A stretch of 23,018 nucleotides of DNA from an uncultured Acidobacteriota bacterium (GCA_963843575.1 CAWJKZ010000002.1:1-23018), one strand, 5' to 3'; shown: positions 1 through 10,436, counted from the stretch's first letter. Notes: generated by a model from the letters alone, not told the origin. Numbers and translations are program-made.

Positions 1-103
1 GCGGAATCCGGCGGCTCGACGCCGCTTTCGCCTAGTTCCTATGGCCGGAATACCCGGCGCCTAGGCGCCGGGACCAAAGCGGCGTCGAGCCACCGCATCT
101 CCA
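1..103. repeat. REP-like composite palindrome, family 1 (GGAGTGCGG-type), probably truncated at the window edge
   Basis: GGCGGCTCGACGCCGCTTT (10-28) and the inverted copy AAAGCGGCGTCGAGCCACCGCA (76-97) flank a perfect 20-bp palindrome CCCGGCGCCTAGGCGCCGGG (53-72). The same motifs recur at 7338, 15633 and 21903. Confidence 0.85.
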
Positions 104-114
104 GAAGCGCTGCC

Positions 115-144
115 TTGACTTCGTGTCGGGCAGGGGGTTAGATT
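115..144 (+). promoter_or_regulatory. Putative sigma70 promoter of the ROK gene
   Basis: TTGACT (115-120), 18-nt spacer, TAGATT (139-144), 27 nt upstream of ATG 172. Confidence 0.5.
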
Positions 145-171
145 CCGTTATCATATAACCGGTGCCCACAT

Positions 172-1401
172 ATGAGAAAGATGGATATCGGCAATCTTGC
201 GCCGGCCAATCACCGGGTGCTGCGCGACATCAACGAAGTCATGGTGTTGAACGTCATCCGGGAGAAGCACCCGGTCTCCAGGATCGAGATTGCCGAACTG
301 ATTGGCCTAGAGGGGAGCACCGTTTCGAAGATCGTGTCCCGCCTCCTTGCCGACAATTTCGTTTATGAGGAAGGAGTAGGCGAATCGTCGCCCTTGGGGG
401 GCCGCAGGAAGCGTTTTCTGCACATCAATCCTCGGAAGGCCTGCGCCATTGGCGTGGATCTGCGGCCGAGCGGCTACACGGTGGCGCTGAGTGATTTCAG
501 AGGCAAGATCCAGAAGTGCGTCGACCTGCCGGGCGATCCCGACCCGGACGCCGCGATGATGACTGTGTCACGCGCGATCAAAGAAGTGCTGCGTTCGTGC
601 CAGGGAGATGCCGTGGAGGGTATCGGCGTTTCGCTGGTCGGGCTGGTCGATCCTAAACAGGGCCGGGTGCTGGCCGGGGAAGGCCTCGGGTGGGGCGAGG
701 ACGTCCCCGTCGGTTCGATGCTGCGCCGCCACCTGGATATGGATATCCCGCTGTATTTCGAAAACGGGGCGTGGCTTGGCGCGCTTGCCGAGATGTGGTT
801 CGGCAAACATGCTCGACCTCCCCGGAACCTTGTTTTCTGGGACATCGGCGAAGGCATCGGGTCGGGCATCATCATCCGCGGGCAGTTTTACCACGGCTCC
901 ATGAACGGGGCAGGCGAGTTCGGCCATATACCGCTGCATCCGGAGGGCCCCAGGTGCAGTTGCGGCGGCCGCGGGTGTCTCGAGGCGTATGCGTCGGACC
1001 CGGCCACTGTGCAGCGCTACGAGGAACTGCGCCGGTTGCATCACAAAGGAGACGGCGCCTCGCGGCCGACCATTGAAGAAGTTGTCGCGCGCGCCTTGCA
1101 GGGGGAGCCCGAAGCGGTCGACGCACTGCTGGAAAAGGCGGCCTATCTCGGCAGGGGACTTATGCCGATCATTTACTCGCTGAACCCGGAGGCGATCGTG
1201 TTGGGCGGCCCTATCACTCGCGCGTGGGCGATGGTCCACCCGGTCATGATCCGGGAGCTGTCTCAGCGTGTCCCCCGCTTTTACCTGGACCACCTTGCCC
1301 TGATTCCCACGACACTGGAAAGCCGGCCCAGCCTGGTGGGAGCGATCGCGCTGGTGCTGGCCCGCTCCTTCGCGATCCCCAGCATCGCATCGATAGGCTA
1401 G
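172..1401 (+). CDS. ROK family transcriptional repressor (NagC/XylR-like)
   Basis: N-terminal HTH (VSRIEIAELIGLEGSTVSKIVSRL), GRRK linker, IGVDL, DIGEGIGSGII, and AGEFGH...CSCGGRGCLE zinc motif. Intact 409-aa ORF. Confidence 0.95.
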   Translation: MRKMDIGNLAPANHRVLRDINEVMVLNVIREKHPVSRIEIAELIGLEGSTVSKIVSRLLADNFVYEEGVGESSPLGGRRKRFLHINPRKACAIGVDLRPSGYTVALSDFRGKIQKCVDLPGDPDPDAAMMTVSRAIKEVLRSCQGDAVEGIGVSLVGLVDPKQGRVLAGEGLGWGEDVPVGSMLRRHLDMDIPLYFENGAWLGALAEMWFGKHARPPRNLVFWDIGEGIGSGIIIRGQFYHGSMNGAGEFGHIPLHPEGPRCSCGGRGCLEAYASDPATVQRYEELRRLHHKGDGASRPTIEEVVARALQGEPEAVDALLEKAAYLGRGLMPIIYSLNPEAIVLGGPITRAWAMVHPVMIRELSQRVPRFYLDHLALIPTTLESRPSLVGAIALVLARSFAIPSIASIG

Positions 1402-1428
1402 AAACCCCCGGCGATTGGCCAAGGAAGC

Positions 1429-3407
1429 ATGAAAAACCATATTCCCGGTTGTGTGGCCCTGATACTCGCGCTCCTCCTTGCGGTTCGGCAAGCAGACCAG
1501 CACAAGTCCCGGCCCAGCCGCCAAACCTGGTGATTATCACCATCGATACTCTCCGGGCGGACCACCTCGAATGCTACGGGTACAAGGGTGTCAAGACCCC
1601 CCGGATCAATGCGCTTGCCGCGGACGGAGTCCTTGTCGAGAACGCATACACCCCGGTCCCGTTGACGCTCCCGTCGCACGCGTCCATCTTCACCGGGACG
1701 TATCCGATCTTTCACGGGGTGCGGGATTTCACGGGCTTCACGCTCAGCAAGGACCGCACCACCCTCGCCACCATGCTCAAGTCCGCCGGATACCGTACCG
1801 GTGCCGTGGTGGCCTCGGCCGTCCTGGAGTCGCGCTGGGGAATCAACCAGGGATTTGATTTCTACTACGACAATTTTCCCCCCGTCCCGACCCAAAACTG
1901 GCAGGTGGTCGCGGAACGGCGGGGCGACGAGGTGGTCAGGGAGTCGCTTCGCTGGCTGGAGACAAAACCAAAGGGCCGTTTTTCCTGTGGGTGCACCTGT
2001 TCGATCCGCACGACCCTTACACGCCCCCGGCGCCCTTACGACCGGCAGTACAGCGGCCGTCCCTACGACGGCGAGATCGCCTACACGGACGAAAACGTCG
2101 GGCGCGTCGTCGACGGCCTCAAGCAGATGGGGGTGTACGACAACTGCATGATCGTGCTGCTGGGCGACCATGGCGAAGGCCTCGGAGAACACGGCGAGTC
2201 GACGCACGGGTTCTTTATTTACGACTCCACGCTGCGTGTCCCGATGATATTCAAGCTGCCGGGAGCCGCCGCGCCGCGCGGAAAGCGGCTCGCCGGGCCC
2301 TTGCGCACCATCGACGTGGTCCCCACGGTGCTGCAGGTCCTGGGCCTGTCCGGAAAGGTGCGCGCCCCGGAGGTCCAGGGCAAAGGGGCCTATTCCGCGC
2401 TGCTGGGAAGGGGCTCCCTGTCCGGGTTGCCGGCGCAAGCGGAAATAATGCTCCCGTTCTACCACTTCGAGTGGAGCCCGCTGTCGAGCATCCGGGTGGG
2501 ACGGTACAAGTACATCGAGGCGCCGAAACCGGAACTGTACGACACGGTTTCCGACCCCGGCGAAAAACGCGATCTCAGCGGGACGAATCGCGCGATGGCG
2601 TCCCAGCTGAAGACGCTCCTCGGCCAGGACCTCGCGCGCTATTCGGCCAGGAATGCGGCGGCCGTCGTGCCGCGGGACGCCGACCCTGCCACCGTCGAAA
2701 AGCTGGCGTCTCTCGGATACCTGGCCGTCAGCAGGGAGGCCGCCGGCCCGATGCCGGGTAGCAATCTCCCGGACCCCAAGGACCGGGTCGAGCTCTATGA
2801 ACTCATCAACGCCGGGACGCTGGCCGCACGGAGCGCAGATTACGCTCGGGCGACGAAGCTGTTGAACCAGGCCCTGCAGCGCGACCCGGCATCCCTGGTC
2901 GCGCACTTCCAGCTCGGCGTCGTGTGCCGTGTGACCGGCGCCCTCGATCAGGCGGAGCAGGAATTCCTGAAAACCCTGGAATTACGTCCAGGCTACGATT
3001 TGGCGCTGCGGCGGCTGGCCGAGGTCTATATCGCGGGCCGACGGTACGAAGAGGCCGAGCGCACCTTCAAGCAGTTGCTGGCGCAATCCCCGAACGACTA
3101 TCTCGCCTACTTCAGCCTCGGCGGTCTCTACGTCACCGTGGACCGGTGGGACGACGCGCTCGCGGCGTTCCGGAAGGCGCAGGCACTGAATTCCAGAGAC
3201 ACGCTGGTTTCGATCGTGGTCTCCAGGCTCCTGCTCAAGCGTGGGGACCTCGACGGCGCACTCGACGCAGTGCGACAGGCCCTCAAGGTCGACCCCGACC
3301 TTGCCTCCGGACACGAAACCGCCATGGAGATCTACCGGAAGCAGGGCCGGTTTCCCGAAGCGTCAAAAGAGGAGGAAATCCTCCGGCGCCTCCGCTCGAA
3401 GCGGTAG
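1429..3407 (+). CDS. Secreted sulfatase-like (alkaline phosphatase superfamily) hydrolase with C-terminal TPR repeats; 3 apparent frameshifts
   Basis: ATG 1429 follows AAGGAAGC and encodes a signal peptide (MKNHIPGCVALILALLLA). It joins the 1224..3407 frame near 1483 (PNLVIITIDTLRADH, TLPSHASIFTG, GDHGE). The conserved FLWVHLFDPHDPY lies in another frame between ~1977 and ~2036. TPR-like helical repeats occupy ~2800-3400. Confidence 0.85.
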
Positions 3408-3475
3408 AGCGCGATATTCCCAGTCCGCAAGGGAGACCTTCCTCGGCCCAAAAGTTACCAAGCTGCGAGTTTTTG

Positions 3476-3505
3476 TTGCTTTTGAAAATATTCTGGTGCT
3501 AAGTT
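3476..3505 (+). promoter_or_regulatory. Putative sigma70 promoter of the TonB-dependent receptor gene
   Basis: TTGCTT (3476-3481), 18-nt spacer, extended -10 TGcTAAGTT (3497-3505), in the AT-rich part of the intergenic region. Confidence 0.45.
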
Positions 3506-3528
3506 GCTTTCCATAGGACAGAAACTAA
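3500..3528. promoter_or_regulatory. Candidate ROK operator (imperfect 29-bp palindrome)
   Basis: TAAGTTGCTTTCC-ATA-GGACAGAAACTAA matches its reverse complement at 20/29 positions. Its ends resemble the TTAGTTT...AAACTAA XylR-type operator, and it overlaps the putative -10. Confidence 0.5.
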
Positions 3529-3644
3529 CATCTCTATTTCTCTAACTGGCAGTCGCAGTCGGATCTCGGAACTTTGTATCGGGGCGGATTTCCTACGAAC
3601 CTGGCGTCTGGATCTTCCGCGCTTTTCGATCAATGAGGTGAGTG

Positions 3645-6600
3645 ATGATGAGCCCTTGCTTGAAAAACAGATCGAGCATCGTATCTGTTGCTTCGCTGCT
3701 TTTTCTCCTGGCGGCGGCCCTCCTGTTCTCTGAGGCAGGTTGGGCCCAGACCGGCGCCGGAACGGTCGCAGGAACCGTGCGGGATGCGAAACAGGCCGTT
3801 ATCCCCGGCGCCGAAGTCAAGGTAACAAACGAGCTGACGAACGTGGAGCGGACAGGCGTCAGCAACGAGGTGGGTATCTTCACGATCGCCGCTCTGCCCC
3901 TCGGCCCCTACCGGATGACCGTCGAGCTTGCCGGGTTTAAGAAGTGGGCGGGCACTTTCACGGTCATGGCCGGGCAGCAGGTGGAAGTGAATCCGGTCAT
4001 GGAGGTGGGCGACATCAGCACGACCGTCGAGGTAACCGGCGCGGCGCCCACCATCAACACGGCCAGCACCGAGATATCGAACGTCAAGGATTTCGCCCGG
4101 ATCCGTGACCTTCCTCTGAACGGGCGGTCGATCAGCAACCTGTTCGACCTGACCCCGGGAGTCGAGGGGGGCGGCAACGCCCGTGTCAACGGCATGAAGG
4201 TTGGATCGCTGGAAATCACGCTTGATGGTATCTCGCTTGTCGACCGGTTCGGCGGCGGTATCGCCCGCATTCAGCCGGGACTCGACGTCGTCCAGGAATT
4301 CCGCATCGAGACCGTTGGTTCCGATGCCCGCTACTCGCGACCGGCGACAGTTACGATGGTGACACGCAGCGGCACCAACAGCTTCCACGGCAGCGCGTTC
4401 GAGACGCACCGCAACAACACGGCCGGGCTGGTGGCCAGACGGCGCGAGTACGTCCCGAACTACAACTGGCCGAAATTGATCCGCAACGAGTTCGGCGCGT
4501 CGGCCGGCGGCCCCGTGTGGCTGGGTAAACTCTACGACGGCCACGACAAGACGTTCTGGTTCTTCGCGTACGAGGGCGCCAGGCAGCGGGAATCGTACTT
4601 CCCGTATTACACGTACACGCCCACGGCGGACATGTGGAACGGGGACCTGAGCAACATCATCGATTCCGACGGCAACAAGACCATTATCTACGATCCGCTG
4701 ACGACGGATGCCAACGGGATAACGGCAGCCTTTCCCGGACAACAAGATCCCGGCCAGCCGGATCAGCGCCTTCGCCAAGCAGATGCAGAAGATGACGGCG
4801 CTGCCCACCAACGACTCGAACCCGTACGTCACCTATTACAACTACACCAAGTATGCCCCGCGGAAAACCAACGCGGACAACTACACCACCAAGATCGATC
4901 ACCGGCTCTCGGGTAGAGACAACCTGTCGGTGCGCTGGACCCAGAGCCGCCGGCACGCCACCGTGGATGGCGGCTACTATGGAAACCCGGCTGCCCCGAC
5001 AGACGGGTACGGCACGTCGCGCAACGACGCGATCGTCAACAACGTTTCGACGACCTGGACCAGCACCATTTCGCCGACCATCTTGAACCAGGTGATGGTG
5101 GGGGTGCACCGCTCCAACAAGAGTTCGGGGACCCTGGCCGACTTCGACCAGTGGGCGACCAAGCTGGGGCTTGCCCAACCCGTTTGGGGTTCCGGGCTGG
5201 CCCACGATGTACGCCGGCAATTTCGGTTTCGACGGCGACAACATGAAGGTCGAGGCTCTGACCGGGGTCGTCGCCGAAGACAACGTCTCCTGGAACAAGG
5301 GGAAACACGAAATCCAGCTCGGCGCGAGATACCGGAAGGAGTACAACAACATCAAGGAACTGCAGCAGTCCGCGGGCAGCCACGACTTCGGGGGCTCGTG
5401 GACCGGGCTCTACAGCGTGGCCGACGACTCCCAGGTGTCCTACACCGGGGATGGTTTCGCCGAGCATGCTGCTGGGGCTGCCGGACTTACCTTTCCAACC
5501 AGTACAACCGCGGCTTCTTCTACTTTCAGCAGGCGGAGACAGGCCTCTACGTAAACGATCGCTGGCGGATAACGCCGCGGCTGACCCTCAACCTAGGGCT
5601 GCGCTGGGACAAGTGGACGCCGTATTCCGAGAAACAGAACCGGCTCACCGTGGTGGACATAAACACCATCGCCAGCAAATTCGAGGTCGTAACGCCGGGA
5701 AACATCAAGATGGAAGATGTTCCCGGGCTGCCGCCGTCGATGCTGGCCTCTTACGCGCTTCGGGGCCTGACCTGGGCCACCGCGGATTCCGTCGGGTATC
5801 CGGACAAGCTCTTCCGCGCCGACAACAACAACTTCGGTCCGCGGATCGGTGCGGCGTTCCAGCTCAACAACAAGACGGTTCTGCGCGGCGGCTACGGGGA
5901 ATACTTCTGGCCCATGCCCCTGTCCCAGATTCTCCAGGCTTCGAGGACCAACCCTCCTATGAACCTGAGATACGAGAATCTCCCCGATTACAAGAACGCC
6001 ACCCAGAACTACACCCTCATTGGCAAACCCGTGGCTGCCGACTTCATCGGTGGCGCCACGGTCGACACCAACGGTGTCGTGGTTCTCCCGACCAACCCCC
6101 AGGGCGGGATGGTGTGGGACGGTCGCAACTGGCGCGACAGCCGCGTTCAGTCGTGGAACGTAACGGTGGAACGAGAAGTCATGAAGGAGACGACCCTTCG
6201 GCTGAGCTACCTCGGACAGCACGGGAGCGGCCTGGAGCAGCGGTTCTCCCTCAACCAGCAGGAATCCGAATACAATTACGTGGCGAGGACGGGGCAGGCG
6301 CCCCCCAGCAACCGCAACCTGCTGCGTGTCAACAAGGATTGGAATCCCATGGGCCTCAACCGGACCGGGTATTCCAACTCGAACGGTTTCCAGGTCGAGG
6401 TGGAGCGCCGGTTCAGCCGGGGAGTGGCGTTCCAGTGGTTCTACACGTACAACCGCGTCCTGACCACGACCGACTCGGGCGGGTTTGACGCCGGCGGCAC
6501 CAGCATCAACTCGGCTGGCGGCGGCGGCCAGGTTCCCGAGAACCTCCAGATCATCGGCGCGCCGAACCTCACCTACGATCAGCGGCTCGCGCTGGTCTAC

Positions 6601-7278
6601 TTCAATTCCACGACCGTTCCGCCGCACCACATCCGGTACAACGGCAACGTGGAACTGCCCTTCGGCAGGGGCAAGCGCTTCATGAGCGACGCGCACCCGG
6701 TGGCGCAGGCGCTGTTGGGCGGTTGGCAGATTGCCTTTAACGGCGACTGGCGCAGCGGCTTCTGGCTGAGCCCAAGCACCAGCCTGTTCGCTTTCGGCGA
6801 TCCGCGCCTCGATGCGGACAGCCGGCCGGAGTTCACCTGGGCGGGCAAACAGAACAGGCTCTGGTTCCGGGGCTACTTCGATCCCACCGCGGCGACGAAT
6901 GTCGTTGGCGGTGACCTGCTGGCCCTGGTGCCCGTCGACCGGTCGCAGCGTGTGCTGCGCCAGGTCGGCTCCGCCTACGACAACAAGATCGCCCAGACGC
7001 TGGCCAACGGCAGCATCCGCCAGACGGCTATCGGCGAAAACTACAACTGGAGCCCGAGGGCAAACATAATGGGGCCCGGCGCGTGGAACACCGATATCGG
7101 TGTCTACAAGAATTTCCGCATCGGGGAATCGGTCGTGTTCCGGCTCAAGGGGGACTTCTTCAACGCGTTCAATCACCCGAACGACATCAACCCGAATGCG
7201 ACGACGGGTATGCAGGACCTGAGCCGCCAGGCCAACGACGGCCGGGTCATCCAGCTTTCGCTCCGCGTCGACTGGTAA
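3645..7278 (+). CDS. TonB-dependent receptor, Oar-like/acidobacterial type, with N-terminal carboxypeptidase-regulatory-like domain (~1210 aa); 4 apparent frameshifts
   Basis: RBS GAGGTG at 3635. Signal peptide ending AWA-Q, GTVRDAKQAVIPGAEVKVTN, LPLNGR, VQEFRIET, TRSGTNSFHGSAFE, DRWRITPRLTLNLGLRWD, NNFGPRIGAA, FFNAFNHPN, and C-terminal beta-signal IQLSLRVDW. The frame shifts +1 near 4722, 5172, 5462 and 5484. Confidence 0.92.
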
Positions 7279-7296
7279 CCCCAGGTCGCGCGTGGC

Positions 7297-7338
7297 AAAG
7301 GGCCCCCTGCCGAATCCTGGCCGGCAGGGGGCCCTTTT
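7297..7338. terminator. Probable bidirectional intrinsic terminator
   Basis: 16-bp perfect stem AAAGGGCCCCCTGCCG / CGGCAGGGGGCCCTTT with a 9-nt loop and A/T tracts at both ends, between convergent genes. Confidence 0.8.
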
Positions 7339-7480
7339 GGAGTGCGGCGCCTCGGCGCCGCTTTCCACTTCCGTCCCAGGGTCGAATTGCCCGGCGCCTC
7401 GGCGCCATCGGAATCGCGACAGTGCGTACCGCGGCGCCCAGGCGTCGCCCCCAAAGCGGCGTCGAGCCGCCGCACTCACA
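7338..7480. repeat. REP-like composite palindrome, family 1
   Basis: TGGAGTGCGGCGCCTCGGCGCCGCTTT (7338-7364), internal GGCGCCTCGGCGCC (7393-7406) and GCGGCGCCCAGGCGTCGC (7431-7448), then inverted CCAAAGCGGCGTCGAGCCGCCGCACTC (7451-7477). Confidence 0.85.
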
Positions 7481-7485
7481 GTGTT

Positions 7486-9322
7486 TCACCAGCGAAGACC
7501 TTCGCGGATGATGCGGGCCGCGATGTCCCCCCAGAATTCCGGCGGCTTCAATTCGAGGCCGTACCCAAAGTGCGTGAGGTGCCGCACTGCGCCGGCGTCC
7601 TGGCGCACCATTTTGCCGGTCGAGGTGTCGTACCACTCCACCTCGTATTTCCCATCGGCGAGCCCCACCACGTTGCATGATGCAGCGCGCTGCGCGGGTC
7701 CTTCGACTGCCTTCCCGTCCACGATCCGGAATGCCAGCGGATCGTGAATCCACACCACGGCCCGGTCCTCCGCCGCGAGCCCGTACACGTTTAGGCTGAC
7801 CGGAAGGTTGGGGCGTGACAGGGTCGTTCGTTTCCAGATTTGCGCCGGCCAGTCGACGCTCTTCACTAAGTTGGCCAGCGCCGTGTAGTGGTGGTAGAGA
7901 TCGTATGAATCGACGTAGTTGTGCCACCACCAGTAGAGTCCCGTCCCGGCGGCACCGTCCATGACAGTGGCCCACATGAGGTCGTGGAAGTGCTTCCCCT
8001 TCGGGTCCACTCCGACTGGGCCCTCGATGCCCTGCTCGCCGAAGAAGAATGGCTTGGCGAAGCCGCGCATCAGATGTTCCGTGTCCTGCACCGCGTACTG
8101 GGCCGCGTCGTACTCGGGACCGAAATAGGAGTGTCCCTGCACGATGTCGATTTGCGGCAGGGCGAACGTCCGGCGGTCGCGCCAGCTGGTCGTGATCAGG
8201 TGTTTCCAGGGATCGACGGATCTCAGGTAGTCCCCCATCTCCCGGTGCCAGTCGGCGCACGCCTCCGAATCGAACCCCTCGTTGTTGTCCACCTCGTTCC
8301 ACAGTTCCCATGCGACCAGGTTGCTGCTCCAGCCCCACCGGGCCACGCTGTAACGCAGCCGGCGGCGCACCAGCTCCCTCGCGGCCGCGCTGGTGAAGTA
8401 GTCGGATGGCAGGATGCAGGGGCCGCCGTTTTCGGCGTTGTATGGGTTGCGCTTCCAGCGGTACTCCATGCGCCGTTGCCACCAGACGGTCATTTCAAAC
8501 GTGAGCTGCCAGTGGATTTCGAGCTCGCGGCAGAGGTCGGACACGCGATCCAGACGCCAGGCGGACTCGAGATCGTAGCGGCCCAGCCCGGTGGCCTGGG
8601 TCTCCAGGGGAAATCCGGTGAAGTCTCCATCGCCGGCGCCGGCGACGACCTTCGGGTCACGGGGGACGTAGTATTCCTGCCACAGGCGGACGTAGTTGCC
8701 GCCGACCGGCGTGTAGCTTCCCGAGAACGCGGTCGAAGTAGTACGTTCCCTCCTTCCGCTGGTACATGCACACGTTCTAACCCGACCGGGAAGAACGGCC
8801 GTCCCGATTCGAATTCCAGGTACTGGCGGATTGCGTGGGCTCACGCGGACGACGCCGGGGTTCGGTCCGGGGTCCACTTGGAACGACTGTTCTGCGCTAC
8901 GCTGCACCCCCGCCGCGTCGCGCAGCTCGATCACGAATCGATGCCGGCCCGTCTGACCGCTCGAGAAATGCACCCGCCACCCGGGCCGTCCGACACTCTC
9001 CAGCACTTCGACTCGATCGTTGGCCCGGGCGGCAGGGTTTTGAAGGACGCGACGATATTCCTGGAACCAGAAGCCGGGGACGGTGATCTGCTGTCCGGAG
9101 GGCGTCGTGATGAGCGCGTCGAGCGACACTTCCGCCGGGTTGAACGGGTTGGAGGGCACGCGGTCCGGGTTCAGCGCGATCACGACTTTGTCGTGCTGCC
9201 GCACAGTCGGGGTCAGCACCTGCACGGGGCCCAAGGCGGGGACCCGTGCGGCCTGGCGAGTGGCGAGCGGCCCCAAGGGACATCGCAAGCAACAGAAGAA
9301 TCATCGACTTTCTTGCAGCCAT
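7486..9322 (-). CDS. Secreted clan GH-A glycoside hydrolase (GH5-like) with N-terminal DUF5060-like domain; 4 apparent frameshifts
   Basis: Signal peptide MAARKSMILLLLAMSLGA from ATG 9322 shifts into the 7486..9288 frame near 9265. NPFNPAEVSLDALITTPSG..VPGFW is DUF5060-like. YLEFESGRPFFPVG and YYFDRV are recoverable in other frames between 8705 and 8828. Also YSVARWG, acid/base WELWNEVD (~8287-8310) and nucleophile FFGEQG (~8031-8049). Confidence 0.8.
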
Positions 9323-9356
9323 TTAATGCCCTCGAGAGCGGAGGAGTTTACAATGC

Positions 9357-9385
9357 TTGACATGCATTTCAGCTCCTGTTGTGAT
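9357..9385 (+). promoter_or_regulatory. Putative sigma70 promoter of the Nif3 gene, with an overlapping palindrome
   Basis: Perfect TTGACA (9357-9362), 17-nt spacer, TGtTGTGAT (9377-9385). The palindrome AATGCtTGaCAtGCATT (9352-9368) is centred on the -35. Confidence 0.55.
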
Positions 9386-9413
9386 TGGCAGAAATCATTG
9401 TCGGTGAGCCGCC

Positions 9414-10328
9414 ATGAAAGATAGCGAAGCGAAAACTGGAGTCAGCCGCCGCCTGTTTATCTCCGGAATCCCTCCGGTCGCGGCCGCCTTGATGGCGTCA
9501 AACACCGGTGCCGCCCGGCCGACAGCCGCGTCTCTAACGGCCGGGGAAGTCCACGCATACCTGAAGTCACTCGACGGCGGGTGGGTCGACTGGAAGAAGA
9601 CAGTCGACACGTTTAAGTCCGGTACGCCCGAGGCGGTGGTCAAAGGCATCGCGGTGGGATGGATGTCTTACACCGGCGCGCTGAAGAAGGCGCTGGAGCT
9701 GGGCTGCAATCTGTTTGTCACACACGAGCCTACCTATTACAACCACCGGGACAACGATCCGGACATATTCCGCTTTCCGGAGGTAAAAGCAAAGCGGGAG
9801 TTCATCGAGAAGAACGGCCTGGTGATAATCCGGTGTCACGACGTCTGGGACCAATACCCGGAGATCGGGATCCCAACCGGCTGGGGCAAGTTGCTGGAAC
9901 TTGGGCAGCCGATCGACGGCGCCGGCTACTATTACGTCTACGACGGCAAGGGCAGGACCGCCGGCGACATCGCCCGCCAGATCGCCGCTCGCACCGCGCC
10001 GCTGGGCCAGCCCGCAGTCCAGTTCATCGGCCCGGAGGACAAGCCCGTCCGCCGCGTCGTGCTGGGGACGGGTGCGATCACGCCGATGTTCCACTTCATC
10101 GAAAAGCTGGCGGCGGACATGGCCATCTGCACCGACGACGATTTCACCAACTGGCGCGACGGCGCCTTCGCGATCGACACGGGATTCCCGGTCGCCGTCG
10201 TCAACCACCCCGTGTCAGAGGAATACTCGATGAAGCTGCTGGCGGGGCACTTGAGCAGGAAGTTTCCCCAGGTGCCGGTGCACCACATCCCGCAGCGCTG
10301 CATGTACAGACTGATAACGGCGGTATAG
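9414..10328 (+). CDS. Nif3-like dinuclear metal-centre protein with twin-arginine signal peptide
   Basis: VDTFKSG...VKGIAVGW, NLFVTHEPTYY, IRCHD, and C-terminal NHPVSEE metal ligands. N-terminal SRRLFI is followed by a hydrophobic segment. Confidence 0.85.
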   Translation: MKDSEAKTGVSRRLFISGIPPVAAALMASNTGAARPTAASLTAGEVHAYLKSLDGGWVDWKKTVDTFKSGTPEAVVKGIAVGWMSYTGALKKALELGCNLFVTHEPTYYNHRDNDPDIFRFPEVKAKREFIEKNGLVIIRCHDVWDQYPEIGIPTGWGKLLELGQPIDGAGYYYVYDGKGRTAGDIARQIAARTAPLGQPAVQFIGPEDKPVRRVVLGTGAITPMFHFIEKLAADMAICTDDDFTNWRDGAFAIDTGFPVAVVNHPVSEEYSMKLLAGHLSRKFPQVPVHHIPQRCMYRLITAV

Positions 10329-10436
10329 CGGCGTGTGAGGTTGAGGGCGATCGACTCCGTTTGCCCACATGCCGGGCACTGATGCAGTCAAAACTAATCA
10401 GGTGAACCGCGCGTCCACCTGTCATTGCGGATAAAT

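Noticed and set aside
1224-1428. N-terminal extension of the sulfatase-like ORF overlapping the ROK gene
   Set aside because: It is low-complexity off-frame translation. A better start with RBS and signal peptide exists at 1429 in another frame.
3645-7278. Programmed ribosomal frameshifting or a split two-gene receptor
   Set aside because: There are four shifts with no slippery heptamers or stimulatory structures, and the same error pattern appears in unrelated genes.
5593-7479. Long antisense ORFs (628 aa here; also 1398..2906, 3630..4832, 7921..9360, 18325..19911, 20540..22381)
   Set aside because: Each lies opposite a well-supported gene, has no recognisable motifs, and is expected from high-GC codon bias.
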